Source of the DNA: Yuukianura sp. NJ FZ-2021
Taxonomy: Eukaryota
Direction of reading: 5' to 3'
Assembly: GCA_046563655.1 (NCBI GenBank)
Contig: CM102286.1
Location: 12,400,001 to 12,464,000 of the forward strand
DNA: 64,000 nucleotides
The position numbers and the translations under genes were made by a program. Of the stretch, positions 24,501-38,324 are shown piece after piece (position 1 is the stretch's first letter; each line of letters opens with the position of its first letter). The notes under the pieces are model-generated. The model was not told where the DNA came from, searched no databases, and saw only the letters and a list, made by a program, of their open reading frames with translations.

Positions 24501-27500
24501 ACAAATTAATACTATAATAAAAATATATTATATTATAAAATATATTTGTTTAACAACAAACTCAACCTTACCTTACATTCCAGCCTCACCGAATGAGCTC
24601 GAATTGCGTATTTGGGGATTTTGAGACTCGCGAGTTTGACTGTCTCCACTTCTGTTTCCCGTTGCAGAATTAGAGTGAAACACATGAAAAAAAATGGAAA
24701 AAAGATCAGTATCACATTTGCCATGGATTTGTGCATGGATCAATGGCTTTTGAAACCGTGAGGACTTTCTCTTTCGTTGTCGTCGTGGAGAAACGCGTGC
24801 TTTCACTCTCGGATCCCGGGATATTCTTGTTTATAACAAAGAGCATGGAAGTTACTATAGAACGAACCTAAACCCTGCTCAACAATAGGTGCATTGTGTC
24901 TCGCTGTCTCCATTTCGTCTATTGCTTCCTTTCCAGAATAAGTTGCAAAATGGGAGAGGAGTTGCTAGAACCTTTAGTATTTGATATTCTATTGTAATAT
25001 TTTCCCTCCAATATCCAGATCCCTCCAGATTTGTATCAAATTCAAATCGAAACGAGAAATCATAAAATGAAAACAACACCACGGAGTTAGTAACGCTCCG
25101 CTTGAGGTAGTTGGATGATGACAGAAAGTGAGAAAAGCGACACGTTGTATACTAAAGTTCTATAGCAGAATATTTCAGAAAAGGTGTAATTTTGTGCTTC
25201 TAAAATTTTGAACATTAGAAAATCATATTGCGTAGTTCCCGCTTTGGGAAACCTAGGTTACGTTATGTTAGTCGTGTTCTGTGTATGAGAGGAATATGGT
25301 TATTAACTTTATGATATTGTTATGACTGCGTAGAGTGTATGAGACTTTCTCAATTTATTTGTGTACTAACTTCTTGTTTAGTTTTCCATTAAGAAGGCTA
25401 CACACAAAGTTTATTGGAAAATTGGAAACCCTCTGGTAACACACTTTCGGTGTGTTTCAAAATTTTGAACATTTTCCATTCTCAAAGTACTGAAACAAAT
25501 TCGCGGAAAATAACCCCACCGAATTTCAGCTCTTATTAAAATTTCACAAATTCGTTTCTCAAAATTATGTCAACACCAAGTTTTCAAAAATTAATCGAAG
25601 TAACGCGAGTCGTTTAAGAAATTTTCAGGTCAGTTTAAAGGTTGAGTCTAATTTTTCCGAAAACTGAGGTTTGTAAATTTGTAATTTCACTGAAAATTTT
25701 TATGAGAAAATGTTCTTGATATCTAAAAAGTACAAAACTTCATTAGAGAAAAATGTGGCGCTGCATGCCATAGTGCCAATTAGTTTAAAAAAAAGTTATT
25801 TAAAAAACTCTAACCGTTAAAGGCAGTTGAATATTGGTTTGTTAATGGCGTTGTTGTTTGTTGAAAATTGCTAATTTTTGACTCAGCTTTTTTGGTAAAT
25901 AAAACCTTTGCTGTAAACCGTTTGCTTGAAGAAAATGATCTTTTGAAAAGACAAATTGTTCTCAAGTGGTTAAAAAATTTGTAAGAGCTTTTACTCAGAA
26001 CACTTTAAGTTGTACTGCCTTCACAGTACACAAAACACAACTTTACGATGTTAAGGTACTCTCACAAAATGGAAAAGTAACGAGAAAGCATATATTTTAC
26101 TCGGAGCTTCCAGACACTCCTCGAGAGAGAGAGAAAGTAGAAAAACCACAGTTTTGTGGTAATAGTGATTAGTATGCAACTTTTCTTGAAATTTGTATCT
26201 CTGTTCTTCCTGGTGTAAGCCAAAAGGTTCCGTTTCAAAAACTAAAGGGGTTCTCGTGGTCTTCCTTCCACTTCTAGATTCAAATCTTATACATTTATGT
26301 ATCTTACATCTACATTAGTACAACTTGTATATGTATATTTATCCATTTTACTTTCTCCCGCCAAAACCACCGTTACCACTTGCCTTCTAACGTCCCAAAA
26401 TTCCCTTCCCGCCATAACTTAAACAGAATTTACTGGAAGACATTTGCTCTGCGCCCAAATTTGTTTCACTTTAGGTTTCTGAAAAACCTACAGCTCAATT
26501 TCGAAAGAAAAAATTTGCATGAAGACATTCATCTTGTACGGGTTCTTTACTTTAAGTGCAACATTTTAAAAAAGTATGTACATTTTTTTACTTTTTGAAA
26601 AAAGTTACTTTGAATTTCCATGTCCATTTGATTTGAACTGCACTTTATCTTCCTGTCTCAACTCTCACTTTCTCCACTTTCTTTCAAGCAAAAAGTAAAA
26701 GTTTCAGAAAGTGTGAGAAGACTTTGAGAATTTCAGCAGACGGAAAAGCAGCAGCAGCGGCAGCGGCGGGAAAAAAGAAGTTTATTAAATAGCCATTTTA
26801 TTAATTCAAAAGCTACCCGCCTTTTCCAATTCTTTTTTTTCCCGCCCTCCCTTCTTCCAATGCCTCCCTCAACTGCAGATTTTTAGATCCCACTTCAAGT
26901 AAAGTGTTGTGACCTCTTTTGTTTTTCTACACTTTTACTGCCACCACCGCGGTCAAATTTCGACTTTCACCGCTCACTAAACCCTAAAATGTACATTTGA
27001 AAAAATCATTGTCACCTTTTCCTAAACCAATTGACATTTTTAAGCAATTCTACAGCTAAATGTGTATTAAGGTGTCGTTTTTAGGCTTAATACGACTTTT
27101 TTAGTCTCAAGACTAAAGCAATCGAGCCTAAAAAGACATCTTCAGTGTCATCGTCATGCTCTTCACTCCTTTTCTATAGGAAACGGGATCAGATAGGAAT
27201 CGATTCTTTCAAACCCACTTGCCGACTTTTTCCATTCAATTCAAACAGAAAAAAAGGAAATTTAAAAAAGTAAACGCTTTCTCTTGCAAGTTAGAAGCAC
27301 AAGGAATGGATCGCTGGCTGGAGTGACAATATAGTACACCAAGTCCCAGACGTGCCGTTTTAAAGCCAAATGACTCTCATTCCTCGTTCAACTTCATAAT
27401 GGGTTTCTTTTCTCTAGTTTTTTATTTAGAAAAAGACAGAAATTGCCTAAAAACGAAAAAAAAACCTAGAGGCTAAAAAATAGAAGCGTTTTGGAATGGA

Positions 27501-30500
27501 GAAAGTCTCTCTCACTCATTAAGACGAAGAAGCAAGAAGCATCAATAATTAAAATTCAGTATAAACGCTTTCTCTTTCTCCAGAACTTTAGGTTTTACAT
27601 TAGGTTTAAGGTTAGGTTGGACTTGAAAAGACGTCTTCACCCTATGTTAATACTAAAATTTTCATTAAGTCTTTTCCTTCACAGGGAATAAAGGATCTCT
27701 CACCACCACCAACCTTCTTCGTACTTTGCACCACCGTCGACGTGAATTAGTACATTACCCTACCCAATTTGTAATGCAACGACAAGAAGACGCTTGAAGA
27801 GCTCTGGGCAAAAAAGAGAGTAGGAGCGGGAAGTTTAAATTTACAGCGTTAGTGTTTTAGGTTAAGTGAGGACTGTGGGACTTTTGAAAAGCAGGCAGAG
27901 GTTTTCCTTTTGCAACTTAACAAGTAACGCACATCACCTCGAGGCTCATCTTCGCCTATGTTGAATTTGAGCACAGGCTGGTTCCTTATTCAGTGAAATG
28001 TTAAATAAATAATTAGTGTTTTATGTACTTTCTGTTCTTCCGCTGTGTGGGAACAGAGCGCTTCTCCAAAAAACTTTTTTGAACTGAAACACTTTTAACT
28101 AAAGTGGAAAAACATGGAACTTTAGAAACCCAGCTTCCAAAATGCTTCTGTTAGTGTATACTGTGTATGGTGTAACGTAATTTATCTTCGTTAAGTATTG
28201 GCGGCTTCCATATACATACATTCAGGAACTGGAACATTCAGGAGCGCTCAAAATGCGTCTTTTGAGTCCACTTTCAGAAAGTGGTACAAACAAGGAAGCG
28301 AAGGGAACGAAAGCGTATTTTGAACAGAACGTTTCCCGCTAGTAAGTTTGAAGTTTTGGCGCGTCTAATGTTGTTATGGCTCAAAAAGGACTTTGTTCCC
28401 ACGTAAAGCAATGGTAGCCGTAGGTGGTGGTGACGCTCTGGGAGAAGCTCAAGCGCAAAATATTTTTTCAAATTATTCTACAAACCTAGTTTATTGAAGC
28501 GATAGCAAGCGCTAGAAGCTAGCACTGAAAGCGCTAAAGCTGGAGCTGCTGGAGCTTCTGCTTCAAATGGTGTCATTGATGTGAAACGATCGCTAATTTT
28601 TCTCTTCCTGGAAAATGTCTTCATTAAAACGCCTGTGGTTGCTAAATTTTGTTTTTTGATCAAAAGTACAAAGTGGAGAAAAAGGAAATTTTTTTTTGAA
28701 GAGAAAGCGGATTAGCATCAAAATGGACACTGATGCTGACTAAGGAGTTTTTCAAAATCAAGTTTTAAACTTTGGCGGGGGACGATATGTCATGCTCTGG
28801 ACATGGACATGTGGACATAAGGATTAGAAATGTTGATGATGATGTGTTTCTTTTGTCATACAGATTTTCAATTTTTGATTACAAGTGCGTCCTTTCATGA
28901 TTTCAAAATTCTGTGCCAGTTTAGTTTCCTGAAAATTTGTATACCAGAGAAAATAGAGCGGGAAAAGTTAATTTAAATCTCTGATTTTGACGTTGTTGGT
29001 CCCTCAGGGTCAACTTTCGTCGCTTCCTATGTCATCATCATGATGAAACCGGAAAAGCCTAAAAGTTGGTGCAGTAGTGCCAGCAGTAGTGTTAATGGCA
29101 TGATCACTGGAATGTACCAAAACGAATAAATTACTCAGCATTAAGCCTAACCTAACTTTGTATACAGATGGAAATGGATGATAGTTTGATTGAGTACTGG
29201 ACTCATGGCTTAAGTAATTCCCAACAGGATATGTTCTACACACCTCTCCAGTGTACTTGTGCGTTCAATTCCTCGCTCCCTTGGATTTGCAATTAAATGG
29301 AGACAAAAGCCGAACTTTTCTTTATGCTTGGACGTGGTGGTAGCACGGAATAGAGCATTAGTAGAGTGTCTAGAATTCTAGAAAATGGTGAAATGGAGCG
29401 CCAGCCTCCCTTTCAACTTTTAGAATTAGAATACTACATGGTTCTTTTTCAGAAAAAGGAGTCTAACCTAGCACAAGAGCTCCAGCGGAACGAAGGCCTT
29501 GCCGCCGCGGTGTTCCTGGAGAAGAAACTAATGACTCCCGAAACCAAGTGATACCTTTCCCCAGGATTTTCATGGATATAGTTACTCCCTCCTGCTTCGC
29601 CTAACTATGCTTTTACCTCAGAAGTAATTGATTTGGGTGAGTGCTCAACAGATGCTAAAAAGGAGTCTAGAAGATGGAGGAGGCTCCATATCATTTTCAA
29701 AATCCAACTTAAAAGTTCCTTCCAGCGCATCCAACTAAACCAACGCACAAAATTGAAAGAAAAAGTATGGGAAAGCTGATACGAAAGGAGCGATTAAGTT
29801 AAAACAAAGAAAAAAAATCCAAACCGTGCCGTGAAAAACAATTGGCGATGAGAAAATTCAATGCAAAGAAATTCGACCTAAAAATTTTGGGGTTGAAAAA
29901 CGTTTTTCTGGAAAAAGTTTGTTTTCTTTTTTCAATGTTCGTTTTAGGGAGCTTGAAAAATAAAATGATGTTAGGATTGCACTACAAATTGATAAAAATT
30001 TAAAATATTTAGCAAAGATTAACATAAAATTGCGTGTATGAGGGTTTCGTTTTTTTTTTTTGCGTTTTTCGCATGATGCGTTTGGTTTATCAAATTAGTA
30101 CCGCCATTGACTCTCAGTTTCAATTAGAGGTTAATTTTAGCTGTAAGCTTATTTTTCATTTTTTTGAAAATTCTTTTTTCATAAAAAAAAATTGGGTATC
30201 GTAGCTAATTTTGTTAATTTGAAACTTTTCTCCCTTCATAAATATCAATAAATCTAGGCGTGGATCTTCTCCTTAATTTTCCATTGTTTTTGAACATAAA
30301 AGCTCCCCCAGTTTTTTTTTCAAAAAAGTTTTACAGTTCAGACGTTGCATGCAATTTAATAACTTGTAGTTATAGCACCACCGGCTTGCCCACCGTTTCT
30401 ATCAGCAAGTTTGATCTAAGGATCAAGTCGCAGGGTCTGACTTTAAAGCCCTTATTGATCACCTCGATGGAAACAATGAAGGGGAAAGTTCAGCTTTTTG

Positions 30501-33500
30501 ATAAATATCAATATACGCATAGGCCCTTACCTAACCTTAAGCCCTAACCTAAAACTACCCTAACTTCAACCCAAAGCTAACCTAACTTTGTGGTGTACAT
30601 CGAAGCAGGAGGCAGCGGAAGCATAATTCAGCAGGACTTGGAGCTCTACTGGAATAAGGTTGTTGAAAATAACGAAAAAACTGTTGCCGCAGCGTCGTCG
30701 TTAGTTTGGAGAGCGTCAGCACTCTTCACTAAATTTTTACAACTTGAGATTATGTAAACCGTGACGAAGTTTCCGTGAGAAGTGATACTGTTATGATTAC
30801 ACATTACACAAAAAGTGGATCTGTGATCCTAACTTTCCATCTCTTATACACTTTTTTTCATAATGTTCATTCAAAAAACAAAATGGATTCAGACGAAAGC
30901 CACTGTAGCTTTCAAAATGAAAAGCTTTTGGGAAGAAAGCCTACGTTACAAAACGGAAGTTCCTAGTTTTTTACGTATTCTAGGAAGTAGAAAGTAGCTT
31001 CAATTCAAACATTGTAAAGTTGCCGCTCTGTCTCCGCACTTTCTCTTTTTTTCAATTCCAAATAAATCCTTCTCCTTTTTTAATTTGAAAAAGAAGAAAG
31101 TGGTGGTAAGGCGGAAGCATCTCAGGAGCTCAGCAGGTTCCTTCTTCCGCCCTCTTCACTACTCACACTACCACTTTCACTATCATTCACACACTAAGTT
31201 TTCTAGCTCCAACATACCCTAACATAACATAACTACTACATTCTAGTTACATAAGAGACTCTAAATTTCTAGAAATTGGAACCCAACCTAACAAAAGCCT
31301 GCCAACTTATTTTCTTTTTCAAATTGTCTCGGCATGAAGTCTTCTCGCTCTCTCTTTTCTCTCATGAAGTCCTTGAAGGGCCCTTGAAGGCCTTTCTAAG
31401 TTCTAAATTTGCACAGCACTTTCTCCTTAACATACAGCATAATGGTGTTCTAGATTTATGTAATCAGGAAGTACGAGGGCTCCTCAGGATGAGTAATTTG
31501 TCCCTAAAATTTTGACAGTTGACTAAGGAGAAAGTGCCTTTGGGAGACAAAAGTGAAAGCTACGCTTCCCATAAAGCTCTTTTCGCTCCTGTCTTCTCTC
31601 CTTTGCGTCTTTTGCCCAAAGACGTCAAGGATTCGCAGAATGCCGATTTCTGGATGATTCTTATTCACGTAAGGGTAAGGGAATAGGGACTTTCTCTCTC
31701 TTTCTTCAATGTTCCCACATGAGAGAGAAGGCTACGAACGGAAGAAGTTTGCATAAGTAAGTAAGCCATTCAAATAAGATCAATACGCTAGATAGGAAGT
31801 AGGAGTAGAGAGCTCTCTGTTTCCAACTGCTCACTTTTACTTATTCTATCAACGTAGGGATGAAGGCACTGAAAACTCAAAAGCAGCTATAGTATATGGA
31901 TGATGGCGGGAAGTGGAGCTTTCCAAGAACTAACTGTAAAGGTTCTAGTGGCATACATTGCATTTCACTCATTTGGATACTCTCTGCACCTTCCAGCAGA
32001 ATCCGTTTGCCCACTTATAATTTGGCCTACGGTAGATTTAGGCAGGAAGCACACCAGAAATAGTATCACTTTCTCCATTTGACTCAAAATGCAAAATCCT
32101 ACGCTTTCTTCGCAGTACAACTTATAGCAGAGGATACAGAAATGGATATGATGGACCAATTTGGGTCTGGAATATCTGCAATGAAAATAGAGGAATCACT
32201 TTCCCTTTTAATGTCTTTTGCATATTACTCAATGCTCTACTTCTGAATTCTGAAATGGAGCTTTCTTCTCCATAACTTTATTTCCATATTATTGTTCTTG
32301 TTCAACTATTTCATGCGTACATTCCTACTGGAGCGTTTTCGTTTGAATTTTGCCTCCCCAAGTCAACGTAGCTTTCAAAGCCTAAGGTTTTGCAGAGAAA
32401 GTTGAAAGATGAGACGGAGAAAGTGCTGCTTAACTAACCAGTGCACAAATTGAAAGCAATTTCTAAACGCAAATTTTCAATCAGCAAAGCAAATCAAAAT
32501 TTTCCGAAATCAAAAGATTTGAATTTTAGCGTAAGTAGTTACCCATACCCATTACTTTGCAAAATCCAACGTGATGTTCAAATTAGAACTGAAATTTTGA
32601 AATTCTGAAAATTTTCAATTAAAAACTGAAACAAGTTAGTCGGTTACTCATTCAGATTCAAGTACAGTTACAAATTCGTGGTGCTTTGTAATTCAAATTT
32701 TGAATTCATCTTAACCTACTTTCACTTCAGTTTGATTTTCCAAGTTGATGAAAATTCGGAAATTTGAAATTCTGAAAAAACTTTCTCTTGTTTCATATTT
32801 TTTGTTTCTAAAATGTCAAATGTACGAATGCTAACTAAAAGTGGAGCTTCTATAGCTAAGTCATGGCTTCCTTCCATTTATCTCCTGAAAAGACTTTCTC
32901 CCTCCATCCGCTTTCTCCTTTATTTCCTCTCCTGTCTCATCCAACATTTTGTTTTAGCTCTCCACAGCCTTTCGAGAGATACACACACACGATTTAGATT
33001 TCCTGTGCTTTGAGCTCCTTGCTTTCTCACCCTTTCCCTGTTCTCGCTCCAGCGCCCTTAATAACAAATGTGTTGATAACATCCATCAGGGAAAGGGCCA
33101 ATGGGCTCTTCATTGAATCTTTAGTCAATTTAAACCGGAGAAAGCACTCGCTTTCACCAGCCTCCTTCCAAATCTAGGTACTTGATAAGTCCCCTTCCAG
33201 GAAGGAAGTACACACTACATATCCCTCCCTACACCATTGTTTCCAATTCCGTCACAATCTGTAGCAACTCTGTTCAGCTCAAGAGCCGTTTGGCACTCAG
33301 CGTCCAATCAGCTTCCTTTCTGCTACTCCTGCCAGTAAGTATATTTATACTGATGACATAACATAAATATACTGCCAAAATACCAACTTTTGTTTTCCTT
33401 TTCTAAACTCTCTCTCAAATCTGGAGCAAACGAGATTTAGTAGGATCGAGCACTGCACAAGAAGGCAGTAGCAGATGTTATAACTTAGAGACTAAAGAAG

Positions 33501-36500
33501 AAAAAATGGCACAAAAAATCGTCTTTTTTGCTTTCTTTTCTCCTGTTTTCTACACTTTTTTTTCTAGCTGTGAGTCCAAGACTTTTGAGAAGCAAATTGA
33601 AACGTCGTCGTATTTTTGAAATGTTTTCACAATACACCTTTCGTTACTGAAAGTTCCTATGACGTAAGATCCAGAAACTGCTGGAGTCATTGGCCCACAC
33701 GCAAAGTCTTAATGCTGTAACAAGAGCTACGACTGAACTAAATCACTTCGTAGTTGATGTTTAGAGTCTCTCTAAGGTTGTTGCAACTTTAGCCGTTAGC
33801 ATACTTGGCTAAGAAAAAAAGGAGAAAGAAGAAATTGGTTTCCTGTTTGAAACAACCCGGGTTCTAAAAAACGGGTTTTTAGGTTAGGTAAATTGGACTT
33901 TTGAGAAATTTAGACAGGCGGAGATAGGATATCCACAATTTCTCATTTGGTCTCCGTTTTCTTCCGGAATGACCCCTGTCCGAAGATAGCTCTTTTCTCC
34001 CTAGATTAAGCCTGTCATCAACCACATGATGAATTGTCCTTTCCCGCTTTTTTTTCTAATGGCATAAACTATATAATACATTTTTCATTTTTGGAAAAAG
34101 AAAGGCTAGACTCAATAATATTTTAGGCGCCTTTTGGAATTCCCATTTGAGTTAAAAAATGAAATGACCTCCTGTGTCAGCACAAAATGGCAAAAATGAC
34201 TGAAAGAGATGGACTTATCAATCAAGAAAAAAAGACAGTTATGTAGTGGGACAGAGGTGGCCAAAGAAATGGTTATGTTGGATAAGCATGGACACAATTT
34301 AATTAACGTTATTTAAGTCCAACACGAGGCTGTATAAGACCATGGCGGTGGCCACGCGCTTCGTGGTTGTCCAAGATACCTCAGAAGCCTTTGGTGGGAC
34401 ATGGGGAGATGGACAGATGGAACCAAATGTGACAGCAGGGAACGTATCAATAACCTTCTAAGTCTTCCTGATAGGATCAGCCTTCACATCCCCTGAATAT
34501 CATATCGAATAGTCAACGATGTTTCCAAGTTCTTCGGCGCATGGCTTATTCAACACATTTCTTGGTCTGATTTAAATCACCTTGAGGTAGAAATCAATAA
34601 AAATCACGTAAAAAACATCCAAAGTGAAAATGGGCTGAGAAAAATAACCTGAAAACTTTTGTAGCCCTTAAAAAAATGAGGTTAGCATTTTTCCAAAATT
34701 TCTAGAGTCGGCAAAGTCTTTCAAAAAAAAATTCAACAGCACACTCTCAACTAGAAAAAAAAATTAGCAAACTAGGCGGAGAGATTGCAAATGCGTTTTG
34801 TGTACCTGCGGACGCGTTCTGCGAATATGAAATTTTTTGTTGCAATCCAAATCATACTTATCACAAAAACAAATGCCTCAAGTTCTACGTTCCTTTGTGT
34901 TTAGTTTAACTGCAATAAAGCAAAATATAATTGATTAAAACAGACTGATTAAAATCAGTTCTTGATTAAAAAGTTGTCCTGAACTATGACAGTGACTGAA
35001 GTCGGTTGTGCTACTTGTCGTTTGAAAGAATAAAACAGAAGGATGGAAAAAACTCATAAGTGAAAGTGAGCCACACTTGATCCTCCTTCTTTCACTTTCT
35101 TGTTCCCTTATTCAATAGGAGTCAGAGGGGGCCATCAGTTGAATAAACAATACGTGACAAGGCGAGAACAAATAGGCACAAACATGCAGACAACAAATTC
35201 CACATCTTATACTTTTACTTTCAAAAAATAAAAGCATTCTTTTACTTTTTCCAGAATAATTTAAAGTCAGCAATTTCCTTCTCCCCTCCTTTCTAACTAA
35301 AACTTCCTCCCTCACAAAGTGGAAATCATAAAAATACTTTAATAATAAAAACCTCCTCTCCTCACGTTCTTCCAATGGCACTGCTTAAGTTAGGGTTACT
35401 CAGCACGAGCAGTAGTCAAGAGATGACTAGGAGTGGATTAATAGTTACTTTTTGAAAAGTAGGAAGAAAGCTAGAAAGTATCTCTTTGTCTTGTAAAAGC
35501 ACAGGAGGAAGATTGGGATGGAGATTAAAGGCGAATTTCCATTTGAAGTGCTGGGAAGGTAGGACCATTAGCCTTGTTTTACATTTTTATGAATCACAAA
35601 GGGGAAAGTGAAAGCAGGAGTTTCGAGTTTCATAATAGACACGGAGTAAGTGATAAGGATTTGCACACAGGAGTGGAGAAAGTTGTCAGGAACACGGTGG
35701 TATAAGCACAAAACCTAAGCTAGGCGGTGACAAAATGTCGCCAGTGGTCGCCTCTTGTGCCAGAGACAACTCTTGCTTTGATAATTCGCGCTGTCGACTC
35801 CAGAAAACTACCTCAACCTAACCTAAAAACCAATTTTTAGAGCCTAAAATTGTTTCAAAATGCTCAGCAGGAGTTTTGGACTTTCTCTTGTCGCGCGTTA
35901 AAGTGAAAAAAAGAGACGCGCTGAAAGACGTCGGGTGTCCCGGAGTGACACCAATTGCTCTTCCCAGTGGAGTCCCTTAAATAATCGCTGTCCTTAAGGA
36001 CATGATACTTAAGGATCCCTATGATCCTCTTCTGTTCCTTCTGCCAACATCTTCTGGCCTGTCTCTGTCACCCTCCTGTACTTTCTCTTCATCCCCTTCT
36101 CCTCTACATTTTCTGCCAATTGGCCACGGATCCACCCGAAATGACTCACACAGAAAATCCAGGGTGACAATTTACTACGCTTCCACATCACTCCACTTGA
36201 TCAATCACTTTCAGACGTCCTTTCCGACTCCCTTTTTCTCAAAATCCAAAGGCCTAATGGTATTAATTTCATAATTAATTGAAACAAGCCTTCAAGCTCT
36301 GCTTCAAAACAACTTTAGAAGGCTTCAGGTTAGGTTTCTCCCATCGCTTAGATTATGATTCATTTGATTAGGGTATGCAATAGGAAGTTAAACCAGGCTT
36401 TGCACAAATAGATTATGTTAGGCGCGGCTTAACGATTAGCGAAGGTTTCATTTGAGCTCAAAGAAATCAATGTAAACTTTGTTTCGCTCAATAGAATCAA

Positions 36501-38324
36501 AACAAGCTTGTTTCAAAATAACAAAGCAGTTCAACTTTAGAAGAAGGAAATTTTTCCGAAGTTATTTTCAAATTTAACAACTCAAAAAACGATTTTCAAA
36601 AGATTTTTTAGCAGCACCTTCAAAATAATAAGTTTGAAAAATTGAAACATTCAAAAAAAGTAGGCATTATTTGCAAAATGTAGCAAAATTTTGCACGAAG
36701 AAAGTTCCTAGGGTGAAAGTAATTTGAAAAATTTTGCAGCACCTAGCACATTGAATTCTCAAAAAATTCTATAACTAATTTTCAAAATCTACTTAAATTT
36801 CATATGAAAAATGCTTCTTTAAGAAAGTAGTACTCGAGTTAGAAGTGAAATGATGGACTATAAAGGACTGTTTTTCTTTGCATGATGGAATTTTCTGTCA
36901 AGCTGCCATCCTTTAACTAATAAATGAGGTTCGTGGGAAACCTCATTGACCCCTTCAAAAACTTATAAGGAAACCCTGAGAAAGTTGATTCAAAAAAGCA
37001 GTCGTGGTGGTGGTACCAGCAGCCCAAAGCTTCAAAACCTCAACTCCATTTCAGTTTTCTTACTCCGTTCCATCGGTTATACTCTTGTAAAATCTGTCTT
37101 TCTCCGTTACTTGTTTTTTCCTTGATAGAAAATATGATTAATGAGGATCGCTTCTGCTTAAAACTGTCATCCTCAATTGGTTTTCTCTGTAATAAATGTC
37201 TCCTTTTTGGATGTACAGGAAAGTACTACATGAGGTTTGTAACTAGTTGGAAGACGGAGTAGAACAAAATGGAAACTTTTTGAAAATCCTTTTTCCCGCT
37301 CTTTCCTCGACAAAATGAGTTGAGCAAACTGTTAGTTATACCAAGTGGTTAAATTTTGTCACAAGAGGACTTAAAAAATACTGCTGCGGTTCATTGGGAA
37401 AGTTAAGTCTCATGTCAGACTTGTATGTTAGGTTAGGTTGGAGTGTTCTGGAAGTTGTAAAGGGCTTTTTAACATAGAGAAAGTGTCCAGAACCAGATTC
37501 GAGCAAACCAGAGACTCCGATATTCACATTTATAAAACTTAGTTTTGAAGAGGAGACGCTTTTGAAACAAAACATGACCAAAACATAGCCTAGTCACTAC
37601 GTTACTCGTCGTGGCGTAAAGTTTTAAGCCGGATGGGATTCCCTTTTGGTCCTTGGGAATTAACTAGAGGAAGAGCCATAGCGTAGACAGGGAAATTATT
37701 TTAGTCAAAGTCAAATTTAAGTCACGTCCGCTCTCAACCCGGTCTCTCGGTTGTTATTAAAGGGTGAGCTTAAGAGGAGAAGCACCAAGTTTTAAATATT
37801 CTAAAAAGATATATTTGTTCAAAAATGAAACTTAAAGTGTAGAACTTTCACATTGTGCATTTGGGAGAGAGGAAGTGACCTTAACGTGCCTAACCTAACC
37901 TAAAAAGCTTAAACATTTAGGAAAGATAAATTTTCTCTCCGGATACTTTGGATTTAAAAGTTACCAGAAAGTAAACAAACATTAATGGAAAACACACAAA
38001 AGTTACAAGACTAAACAATTTTGTAAATGACTCGGCTTACAATTTTGTAGGACATGGGAGTTTGTCATGTCCGAATTCTGTGGTTTACAAATTTGTTAAA
38101 TTTAGTGAAAAGTCGAACTTTAGATTTTAGAAATTTTGGAAACTTTTACCTTGAAGTGGCAGAAGAGTAAGCATGGAGAGCACGAGAGTGGCAAGGGCCC
38201 TTAGCCTGTTTCCATTGTTCCAGAAGTGACACAGCCGAAGGGCCCTGTCACTTGGGCCGAGGCCAACAACCTTTTGCTGCTGCTGCATCTCTTCCCGCTT
38301 GATTTTTGAATTAGAACGAATCAT
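15547..38324 (-). CDS. Beaten path (Beat)-family two-Ig-domain cell-surface protein, ~336 aa; exons 38324-38150, 24651-24572, 24478-24353, 24258-24177, 23930-23877, 19146-19013, 17958-17875, 16901-16828, 16725-16643, 15665-15547
   Basis: Signal-like LRALATLVLSMLTLLPLQ; Beat signatures [107 protein letters not shown]; hydrophobic C-terminus (TM/GPI-like). All phases are compatible; the first exon and start codon are the least certain. Confidence 0.88.
18007..18965 (+). mobile_element. Non-autonomous Helentron / DINE-1-like (HINE) element in a beat intron
   Basis: 5' TTTT+AGTCTTCTGGAG with a short internal inverted repeat (gaagact ~18046-18052); GTCC/GTCT microsatellite ~18067-18085; 3' subTIR CTCCAGAAGAC 18919-18929; stem-loop ATGCTCAA-ccc-TTGAGCAT 18932-18950; ends TTGTTT. 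Confidence 0.75.
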